64,000 bases of DNA from Squalus acanthias. Taxonomy: Eukaryota. A program made the translations under genes and the position numbers. Below, in pieces: positions 1 to 10,389 of the stretch (position 1 is the first letter of the stretch; each line of letters starts with the position of its first letter). A model generated the notes under the pieces. It worked only from the letters and a program-made list of their open reading frames with translations. It searched no databases and had not been told where the DNA came from. Where the stretch lies: positions 682,001 through 746,000 of the forward strand of contig JASTWF010000121.1 in the NCBI GenBank assembly GCA_030390025.1, in the 5' to 3' direction.

Positions 1-3000
1 TAGTAGGGGGTGATACACAGCCAAATATCGAGGAAAAAGCAAGTCAGCCTGGAAGGCAGAGCAAATATGTAACGACACAAGGGAGTATGGCAAGGCTGGA
101 TGGCATTTATTTTAATGCAAGGAGTCTTGCGAGTAAGGCAGATGAATTGAAAGTGTTGATGAACACATGGGAGTATGATATTGTTGTTATAACAGAGACA
201 TGGTTGAGGGAGGGGCAGGACTGGAAGCTCAATATTCCGCGGTATAGAATCTTCAGCCGAGACAGAGGGGGGTGTAAAAGAGGTGGGGGTGTCACAATAT
301 TAATCAAGGAGCCAAGTAAGCTGTAAGGAGGGATGATATCTTAGCAGGTTCCTCTAATGAGGCCATATGGGTAGAACTTAAAAACAAAAAGGGGGCAAGC
401 ACTTTGCTGGGATTGTACTATAGGCCCCCAAAGAGTCAGGGGGAGATAGAGGAACAGATATGGAGGCAAATCGCAGAGAAGTGTCGAAATAATAGGGTAA
501 TAATAGTAAGGGATTTTAACTTGCGCAATATTAACTGGGATAGTCAGAGTGTAAAAGGCTTAGAGGGTGCGGAATTCTTAAAGTGCATCCAGGAGAGCTT
601 TTTGAGCCAATATGTAGAAAGTCCTACAAGAGAAGGGGTGCTACTGGACCTAGTTCTAGGGAATGTAGCCGGGCAAGTGGTAGAAGTGTCAGTCGGATAG
701 CATTTTGGTGACAGGGACCATAATTCGGTGAGATTTAAGGTAGGCATGGAAAAGGACAAAGATGGACCGGAAATTAAGGTTCTAAATTGGGGGAAGGCCG
801 ATTTTAATATGATAAGGCAGGATCTGACCAAAGTGGACTGGGATCAGCTACTTGAAGGAAAATCCACATCAGAGCAGTGGGAGTCTTTCACAAAGGAAAT
901 AGAGTACAACGGCAACATGTTCCCGTAAAGGTCAAGGGTGGGACCAACAAGCCCAGGAGACCCTGGATGTCAAGGGATATACAAGGATGGATTAGGAAAA
1001 AAAGGGAGGCTTTTTGCAGATAAAAAGGACTATAAACATTGGAAGCCCGAGAGGAGTATAGAAAGTGCAGGGGGGTACTTAAAAAAGAAATTAGGAGAGC
1101 GAAGACAGGGCATGAAAAAACACTGGCGGGCAAAATAAAGGAAAATCCCAAGGTGTTTTATAAGTATATTAAGGACAAGACGATAACCAGGGAATGTGTA
1201 GGGCCCAATAGGGACCAAAGTGGCAATCTGTGTAGAGCCGGAAGATGTAGGTGAGGTTTTAAATGAATATTTTGCATCAGTGTTCACTATGGAGAAGGAC
1301 AATGTAAGCATAGAAATCAGGCAAGGGGATTGTATTATACTTGAACAAATTAGTATTGAGAGGGAGGAGGTACTAGCGGTTTTAGCGTACTTAAAAGTGG
1401 ACAAATCCCCAGGCCCAGACGAGATGTATCCCAGGCTGTTGTGTGAGGCAAGGGAGGAGTTTGCAGGGGCGCTGACACAAATTTTCAGAACCTCTCTGGC
1501 CACAGGGGAGGTGCCAGAGGACTGGAGGACAGCTAACGTAGAACCATTATTCAAGAAGTTTAGTAGGGATAAACCAGGGAATTACAGGCCAGTGAGCCTA
1601 ACATCAGTGGTAGGGAAATTATTGGAAAAAATTCTGAGGCATAGAATTAGTCTCCACTTGGAGAGGCAAGGATTAATCATAGATAGTCAGCATGGCTTTG
1701 TCAGGGGGAGATCAAGTCTAACCAATTTGATTGAATTTTTTGAGGGGGTGACTAGGTGTGTGGATGAGGGTAGTGCAGTTCATGTAGTCGACATGGACTT
1801 CAGTAAGGCTTTTGACAAAGTCCCGCATGGGAGACTGGTCAAGAAGGTAAGAGTCCATGGGATCCAGGGCAATTTGGCACATTGGTTCCAAAATTGGCTT
1901 AGTGGCAGGAGGCAGAAGGTGATGGCCGAAGGTTGTTTTTGTGACTGGAAGCCTGTGTCCAGTGGTGTACCGCAGGGATTGGTGCTGGGTCCTTTGCTGT
2001 TTGTAGTGTACATTAATGATTTAGATATGAATGTAGGAGGTATGATCAGTAAGTTCGCAGATGACACGAAAATTGGTGGAGTGGTAAATAGCGAGGAGGG
2101 AAGCCTCAGGCTACAGGACGATATAGACAGTTTAGTCAGATGGGCAGAGCAGTGGCAAATGGAATTTAACCCTGAAAAGTGTGAGGTGATGCATTTTGGG
2201 AGGACTAACAAGGCAAGGGAATACACAATGGATGGTAGGACCCTAGGAAGGACAGAGGATCAGAGGGACCTTGGTGTGCATGTACATAGATCTCTGAAGG
2301 CAGCAGGACAGGTAGCTAAGGTGGTTAAAAAGTCACATGGGATACTTGCCTTCATTAGCCGAGGCATAGAATATAAGAGCAGGGAGGTTATGATGGAGCT
2401 GTACAAAATGCTAGTTAGGCCACAGCTGGAATACTGTGTGCAGTTCTGGTCGCCACACTATAGGAAGGATGTGATTGCATTGGAGAGGGTGCAGAAGAGA
2501 TTCACCAGGATGTTTCCTGGGCTGGAGTGCTTCAGCTATGAAGAGAGACTGGACAGGCTGGGGTTGTTTTCCTTAGAGCAGAGAAGGCTGAGGGGGAACC
2601 TGATTGACGTGTACAAAATTATGAGGGGCATAGATAGTTTAGATAGAAAGGAACTTTTCCCCTTAGTAGAGGGGTCAATAACAAGGGGGCATAGCTTCAA
2701 AGTAAGGCGCAGGAGGTTTAGAGGGGATTTGAGGAAAAGCTTTTTCACCCAGAGGGTGCTTGAAATCTGGAACTCACTGCCTGAAAGGGTGGTAGAGGCA
2801 GGAACCCTCACATAAGAACATAAGAACATAAGAAATAGGAGCAGGAGTAGGCCAATTGGCCCCTCGAGCCTGCTCCGCCATTCAATAAGATCATGGCTGA
2901 TCTGATCCTAACCGCCAATCTACTATCACAGAACCATCTCCTGAACCTAACAGAATTGGACACACGAAATAGGAGCAGGATCAGGCTACACAGCCCCTGG

Positions 3001-3740
3001 GCCTGCTACGCTACCCACAGGGCCATGACCGATCCGAACCTAGACTCATGTCCAAATTCCTGCCCGCTCCCCGTAACCCCTGATTCCCTTTACTTCTAGG
3101 AAACTGTCTATTTCTGTTTTAAATTTATGTAATGATGTAGCTTCTACAGCTTTTTGGGGCAGCATATTCCATGGACCTACCACCCTCTGAGTGAAGTAGT
3201 TCCTTCTCATCTCAGTTTTGAAAGAGCAGCCCCTTATTCTAAGACTATGCCCCCTAGTTCTAGTTTCACCCATCATCAGGAACGTCCTCCCCGCATCTAC
3301 CCGATCCAACCCCTTCACAATCTTATATGTTTCAATAAGATCGCCTCTCATTCTTCTGAACTCCAATGAGTAGAGTCCCAATCTACCCAACCTCTCCTCA
3401 TATGTCCATCCCCTCATCCCTGGGATTAACCGAGTGAACCTTCTTTGTACTGACTCGAGAGCAAGTATGTCTTTTCTTAAGTATGGACACCAAAACTGTA
3501 TGCAGTATTCCAGGTGCGGTCTCACCAATACCTTGTACAACTGAAGCAATACCTCCCTATTTTTATATTCTATCCCCTTTCATTCAAGAAGCATTCAGAT
3601 GAGCACATGAAACGCCATAGCATACAAGGCTACGGACCAAGTGCTGGAAAATGGGATTAGAATAGACAGGGCTTGATGGCCGGTGCGGACACGATGGGCC
3701 GATGAGCCTCTTTCTGTGCTGTATAACTCTATGACTCTAT
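1..3740 (+). mobile_element. CR1 LINE (APE endonuclease + RT, frameshifted), interrupted at 2813-3580
   Basis: ORF fragments YFNARSL/ITETW (APE) and DFSKAFDKVPH, GVPQG, FADD (RT). Host sequence ggaaccctcaca|cattcaagaag resumes at 3581. (ACTCTATG)n tail ends at 3740. Confidence 0.95.
2813..3580 (-). mobile_element. CR1 3' fragment nested in CR1
   Basis: LYKVLVRPHLEYC...RRMRGDLIE C-terminal ORF2 motifs; (TTCTTATG)n tail on the minus strand. Confidence 0.9.
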
Positions 3741-4410
3741 ATGGGAGGAAATTAAATAGGTGGGTAGAGTCTGTGATAGGGGAGAGTGTCCATAGGCTGT
3801 GGGAGGAGATTAAATGGGTGGTTTGAGTCTGTGATAGGGGAGAGTGTACATGGGCTGTGGGAGGAGATTAAATGGGTGGTTAGAGTCTGTGATAGGGTAG
3901 AGTGTACATGGGCTGTGGGAGGAGATTAAATGGGTGGGTAGAGTCTGTAATAGGGAAGAGTGTACATTGGCTGTGGGAGGAGATCAAATGGGTGGGTAGA
4001 GTCTGTGATAGGGGAAAGCGTACATGGGCTGTGGGAGGAGATTAAATGGGTGGTTAGAGTCTGTCATAGGGGAGAGTGTACATGGACCGTGGGAGGAGAT
4101 TAAATGGATGGTTAGAGTCTGTGATAGGGGAGAGTGTACATGGGCTGTGGGAGGAGATTAAATGGGTGGTTAGAGTCTGTGATAGGGGAGAGTGTACATG
4201 GGCTGTGGGAGGAGATTAAATGGATGGTTAGAGTCTGTGATAGGGGAGAGTGTACATGGGCTGTGGGAGGAGATTAAATGGGTGGGTAGAGTCTGTGATA
4301 GGGGAGAGTGTACATGGGCTGTGGGAGGAGATTAAATGGATGGTTAGAGTCTGTGATAGGGGAGAGTGTACATGGGCTGTGGGAGGAGATTAAATGGGTG
4401 GGTAGAGTCA
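3741..4410. repeat. 58-bp minisatellite, ~11 copies
   Basis: Unit atgggctgtgggaggagattaaatgggtggttagagtctgtgataggggagagtgtac is tandemly repeated with point variants. Confidence 0.95.
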
Positions 4411-4499
4411 GGAGATTTTATGGTGTACAGGTTTATTTTAGTAATATGGAGAAATAAAATGTCGATCTTTTCGTAAGGAAGTGGGTAAAGTTATTGTGA

Positions 4500-5052
4500 T
4501 ACAAAAGCAAAACACTGCGGATGCTGGAAATCTGAAATAAAAACAGAAAATGCTGGAAATTCTCAGCAGGTCAGGCAGCATCTGTGGAGAGAGAAACAGA
4601 GTTAACGTTTCAGGGCGATGACCTTTCATCAGAACTGTAAAAAGTTAGAGATGTAACAGGTTTTAAGCAAGTGCAGGGGCAGGGAATGGGGGGAGGGGAG
4701 GAAAGAACAAAAGGGACGGTCTGTGATAGGGTGGAAGGCAGGAGAGATTCAATGAGCAGCACAATCATTAACAGCACCTGCTGTCTGAAAAATGTGGCCG
4801 AGGTTATGATCTGAAATTGTTGAACTCAAGGTTGTAAAGTGCCCAATCGAAAGATGAGGTGCTGTTCATCGAGCTTACGTTGAGCTTCATTGGAAGAGTG
4901 CAGGAGGCCGAGGACAGAGAGGTCAGAGTAGTCCGGATAATTAAAGTGACAGGTGACCGGAAGCTCGGGGTCACGTTTGCGGACTGAACGGAGGTGTGCC
5001 GCAAAGCGCTCACCCAATCTGCGTTGGGACTCCCCAATGTAGAGGAGACTGC
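4500..5052 (-). mobile_element. Penelope-like element 3' fragment (GIY-YIG C-terminus + terminal repeat)
   Basis: LLYIGESQRRLGERFAAHLRSV...HFN...EQHLIFRLGTLQP; homologous to 17265-17930. Confidence 0.88.
4601..4635 (-). ncRNA. Minimal hammerhead ribozyme motif in Penelope terminal repeat
   Basis: Minus strand gttCTGATGAaaggtcatcgccctGAAAcgttaac: CUGANGA and GAAA core, imperfect stem II, palindromic stem III. Confidence 0.65.
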
Positions 5053-5255
5053 ACAATTTACAAATACTGATTTCATTAGGTGCAAGCACTGAAAAGTTCA
5101 TGAAAAATAAAAAGTTTCATTTTTTCAGATTTAAAAAAACATTTTAAACCATTATATAAAAATTATAAATAAACTTCGAAACTGCTCTTCAATTCCCAGC
5201 CTGCCCATCAACTACACCATCGGAGATCAGTTAGTATCACATAAACTCTACTTAC

Positions 5256-5603
5256 TGGTTACATTGAGCTGGGTTCCGTTCCCGCTGATATCTCCCCACA
5301 CTTTACAGTAATAGACGGCAGTGTCACTGGGCTGCACCTTTGTGATTTTCAGAATGAAGCTGTTATTGGAGGTGTCTCTGGAAGGCTGGAGACGGTCAGT
5401 GGAACCTGGGCTCCCTCGTGTGCTGCCATTTGCCTCATGTGTTAAAACCCGTTCCATATCTTGCCCTGGTAGTTGCCGGCGGTACCAGTGGACATCGGTG
5501 TCTCTCACTCTGGCGTTCCGCATGGTGCACTGTAACCGCGCCGCGTGACCCTCTGTGACACGGTACAGGCTCGGAGACTGGAGAAGGACTGGAGCATTTG
5601 CAA
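5256..5603 (-). CDS. V4 exon: germline-joined VJ-type Ig V domain, near-duplicate of V2 (348 nt, phase 1-1)
   Basis: Acceptor tttttccctcaaag|TT, donor ACC A|gtaagt. Translation ANAPVLLQSPSLYRVTEGHAARLQC...HWYRRQLPGQ...DTAVYYCKVWGDISGNGTQLNVT. 11 nt differences from V2 by manual count. Confidence 0.92.
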
Positions 5604-5798
5604 CTTTGAGGGAAAAATATCAGTGAGGTAAGAACCAATCTGAAGGCTTCAAATAGTCCGCATTCTTTAAATGGAAAGTTCAGGCAACTTAGATTATGTG
5701 CTTCAAAGAAAGAACAGATTCTAATACTAAATCAGCAGGGTTGGTTTATTAATACTTTATACTAAAAAATTGAATCATTTTCTAATGCTCTTAACCAT

Positions 5799-8700
5799 TG
5801 TGGTAACACAATACAGCTTCCTGTGACTCGAACTTTTTTGCATCACTTCCTGTGATTAGTCCAGGATAAATACCGGACTGATCAGTTGGATCCTGGAGAG
5901 GCATAGAGTAAGACCTCTTTTGTATGTAGCACCTTTTTAGTTGATTCAAGCTTACTTTAAGTTCACCACGCGTAAGGCTCATTCTTACGACAATTTAATC
6001 AACTTTGGAAAACTTCGCACTCAAACTTTTTGGACGAACTCGGAACTAAGGATCCAGGGAATCACCCATCATGGAAAACATCCTTAAACCATCGCGTCTT
6101 GACTTGGACCCAAACACCCCAGCAGCCGGTAAGGTGTGGAAACACTGGTATCGCACGTTTGACAATTTTCTTGTATATTGTAAGGCTGATGATGACTCAA
6201 AGTTGCGGATACTCATCAACTGTGTCACCCCGAATGTATTTCAGTATGTGGAGGAATGGGACAGTTACGAGGAGGCAATTCGGACGCTTAAGAGACTATA
6301 TACTAAGACACCGAATGAGGTCTATGCCAGACATCTACTAGCTACAGCCCAACAAGGGCCGGAGGAATCCATTGATAAATTCCTCCAAGAGCTTCGCAGA
6401 CTTAGTATGGACTGTAACTTTCAGGTGGCCTCAGCTGAGCTGTACCGTGAAGAAATGATCCGTGATGCTTTCATCTGCGGGCTTGCCTCCCCATTTATAC
6501 GCCAGCGTCTACTGGAAAGTAAGACACTTGAGCTTCAGAGAGCTTATGACATGGCTTGCTCTCTAGATCTGGCAAAAAGAAATGCAGACCTTTATACAGT
6601 GCCCAGACCTCGGTCTGCTGCCTTAACTACAGTCAGGCAATTTAAGAGGCCACAGGTGAACTCTATTAGGGAGGACTTTATCCCTGACGATCAATCTGAT
6701 GACTTCACTGATGAAGAGGATGATGACCCCACTGTGGCAGCCTCTTGGCAATCTAAGAAATGCTTCTTTTGTGGTGATGAGTTTCACCCTCGGAAATTCT
6801 GCCCTGCTCGCAATGCGTTTTGCAGTCATTGCAACAAAAAGGGTCATTTTGCAAAGGTTTGCCTATCAAGAGCCTCTACGAGGGCTTATCAAGCTAAGTC
6901 CTACCGAACTGCCCCGGTAAGGGCCTATCAAGATGTTCCGGCTAAAATCTATCGTGCTTCCTCTCGGGTTTCCTCTCGAAGAAACACACCTAGAGTTTCA
7001 GCCACTCTTTGTGCAACGACACCAATTACAGCTGCTTGTCCTCAGAACCTATTCCATGCAGCTACAAAAGCATCAATTAATGGACATACTTTAGATGCCT
7101 TAATTGACTCAGGTAGCACTGATAGTTTCATTAGGGAACAGATTGTTGCAGAGTTAAAGCTACATGTTTTCCCATCGGACCAGGCAATTGCGATGGCTCA
7201 GTCATCACTTAATACCAGAATTTCTGGCTTTTGTATGGTTGAAATAACACTTAATGGTCACAGGTATCCCTCCACCAGGCTTTCGGTGCTCAAGGACTTA
7301 TGTAGTGATCTTATCTTAGGGCTGGATTTTCAAAAGCAGCATAAGAAGCTCACCATTGAGTTCGGCGGATCCAAACCTGAACTCACTATTTCTAATATAC
7401 GACCTCGATTACCGTTCTGTGCATTGTCAGCAGCTTCACTGGATGAACCCTCACTGTTTACCAGTATCCCTCCTCGATGCAAACCGATTATAACAAAGTC
7501 ACGACATTTCAGTCAGGAAGACCAGTCTTTTATTGCGGCTGAGATTTCTCGGCTTTTAGCAGAGGATATCATCGAGCCTTGTTCGTCGCCATGGCATGCC
7601 CAGGTTGTTATTGTTAAGAACCCTATACAACCTCACAAGAAACGGCTGTGCATTGACTATTCACAGACCATCAATCAATATACGGACTTGGACGCATACT
7701 AATTGCCGCGCATCGATGATATGGTTAATAAACTGGCTGAGTACACGGTGTTCTCAACATATGATCTGAAAAGTGCCTATCATCAGGTACCCTTGAAGGT
7801 CTCAGACAAGCAGTATACGGCCTTTGAAGCCAATGGACGGCTGTATCGATTTCATCGCCTCCCCTTTGGGGTCACTAATGGAGTGGCTGTCTTCCAGCGA
7901 GCAATGGATGACCTGGTCAAACAGGAAGACTTGAAGGATACGTTTCCTTATCTGGACAATATTACTGTCGCAGGTCGCAATCAGCGGGAACATGACGCCA
8001 ATCTCCAACGATTTTGGGATGCACTCCAGCACCGTAATTTGACATTAAATGCGGCTAAATCCATTGAGTCACAACCAACCATCAACATCCTTGGCTATTG
8101 TGTGGGCAATGGCATCATTAAACCTGACCCTGAAAGGCTTCGCCCACTCCAAGAACTCCCGCCACCTAAGAATCCGGCCTCCTTGCGCCGGGCCCTCGGC
8201 CTGTTTGCATACTATGCTAAATGGATTCCTAACTTCTCGGACCGAATCCAACCTCTACTGAAGGCCAGCACATTCCCACTAGACACAGCGGCTGTTGCAG
8301 CCTTTAACCTCCTGAAAAAGCAGTTGGAGAAAGCGGCTCTTCACTCCATCGATGAGAGTCTTCCTTTTGTTGTTGAGTGTGATGCCTCGGAGGTGGCGAT
8401 CTCGGCCATTCTGAATCAGGAAGGTCGTCCGGTGGCATTTTTGTCCAGGACTTTTCAAGGGGCTGAGCTACATTATCCTCCAGTCGAGAAAGAAGCTACA
8501 GCCATCATAGAGGCAGTACGGAAGTGGAGTCATCTCCTAGCTCGCCAGCACTTTACCTTAATCACGGACCAGCGATCGGTCGCCTTCATGCTCGATAATC
8601 GAAAACGGACCAAAATTAAAAATAATAAAATCCAGCTTTGGCGGCTGGAATTGGCCTCTTTTGGTTACACCATCCACTATCGACCTGGCAAGGAGAATGT

Positions 8701-10240
8701 GGCTCCGGATACCCTCACACGAGCATTCTGCTCCGCCATGGCACCCTCTACGCTCGTAGACATCCATGATGGGTTGTGTCATCCGGGCGTTACTCGCATG
8801 CTACACTTCGTGCGGTCCCGAAATCTCCCATTCTCTACCGGGGATGTAAAGAAGATGTGCTCGGACTGCAGAGTCTGTGCGGAATTGAAACCTCAGTTTT
8901 TCCGCCCCTCGGGTGGTATACTCATACATGCGACCCAGCCAATGCAACGGCTTAGCATCGATTTTAAGGGGCCGTTGCCCTCTTCAACTCGCAACACTTA
9001 TCTATTGACCATGGTCGATGAGTATTCCCGTTTTCCGTTTGCCTTTCCCTGCCCCAATATGCTGACGACCACGGTTATCAGCTGCCTTGAGCAGGTATTT
9101 GCTTTCTGTGGCATGGCATCCTATGTTCATTCGGATCGGGGCCCTTCTTTTATGTCAGGAGAACTCAAGGCCTATCTCTCGGAACGGGGTATTGCTGCCA
9201 GCAGAACAACGCCTTATCATCCGGTCGGGAATGGGCAAGTCGAGCGTTTTAACGCTATCATCTGGAATGCGGTACGTCTGGCTTTGAGATCTCGGGGCCT
9301 ACCCAACCAGCAATGGGAAGCAGTACTTCCAGACGCATTACACTCCACACGGCCCCTCCTTTCGACCGCCACAAATACGACGCCTCATGAACGGTTCTTC
9401 CGATTTCAGCGTCGCTCATCCTATGGGATATCTCTCCCGTCGTGGCTGACTGCACCGGGACCAGTGCTACTCCGAAGATATGTCCGGGCGTCTAAGAATG
9501 ACGCCCTGGTAGATGAGGTTGAGCTCACTGACGTCAACCCTACCTACGCCTATATTCGGTATCCTGACGGTCGGGAATCTACCGTGTCATTGCGGGATCT
9601 GGCTCCCTGCCCGCCGAAACATAGAGGGACACCAGGGGATGATATTGTACCAGGCACATCTCTGGGCTCGCCAGGTGCCTCTCATCACGATCTGGATCTG
9701 ACGTCGGCTGGTACCTCACTCCAGCGTGCCGACCTGGGGCAGACTGACTATGAGCCCGTCGGGGCTCGCACGCGCAGCCATGATCCACCCCGTACCGTAC
9801 GCTTGGAAACGGATCTGCCACAGCCCTGCCCGACACCCGTTCGGGCACCAGTACACAGTCAGGATCATCCTGACCCCTCACAGAGCGGGCTGGATCACTC
9901 AGACTCTGGTCCACGGCCCGCGGCGGGTAAACGGGCTAGGGGCCCTCTACCACTACGAGAACCCAAACGGGTGCGGCTCTCCCTCGTCCAGCAGCTACGA
10001 AATGGAGGGAGCATCCCGGCCTCCTAATCTTTTGGGGGGGGGAGAATGTGGTAACACAATACAGCTTCCTGTGACTCGAACTTTATTGCATCACTTCCTG
10101 TGATTAGTCCAGGATAAATACCGGACTGATCAGTTGGATCCTGGAGAGGCATAGAGTAAGACCTCTTTTGTATGTAGCAACTTTTTAGTTGATTAAAGCT
10201 TACTTTAAGTTCACCACGCGTAAGGCTCATTCTTACGACA
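5799..10240 (+). mobile_element. Gypsy/Ty3 LTR retrotransposon, full length and recent
   Basis: 194-bp TG...CA LTRs at 5799-5992 and 10047-10240 (3 mismatches). 5-bp TSD ACCAT at 5794-5798 and 10241-10245. Polypurine tract at 10034-10046. Domain order gag-PR-RT-RH-IN. Confidence 0.97.
6071..10027 (+). pseudogene. Gypsy gag-pol polyprotein with one in-frame stop (7700-7702)
   Basis: Two CCHC knuckles (CFFCGDEFHPRKFC, CSHCNKKGHFAKVC), protease LIDSGS, RT DLKSAY...LPFG...YLDN, RNase H CDAS, integrase HHCC and D,D,E. TAA replaces the Pro of the conserved DAYPLPRID motif, and the same frame continues. Confidence 0.92.
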
Positions 10241-10389
10241 ACCATGACCTCTTTACTATGAGATCAGCTCTGCAGGAATAGTATTTTAACCACACTTGGG
10301 ATAAAATATCGTGTTGAACAAGATTAATATTTTTTTTAAAGAATTTTCCTTGATTGGTATTAATTACTCAGACAAAATGTGTCTGAAAA

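Noticed and set aside
3741-4410. CRISPR-like periodic array
   Set aside because: The whole 58-bp unit repeats with no unique spacers, and the context is eukaryotic.
7700-7702. Programmed gag-pol readthrough stop
   Set aside because: The TAA falls inside the RT at the conserved DAYPLP motif, not at the gag/protease boundary, so it is most likely an inactivating mutation or a sequence error.
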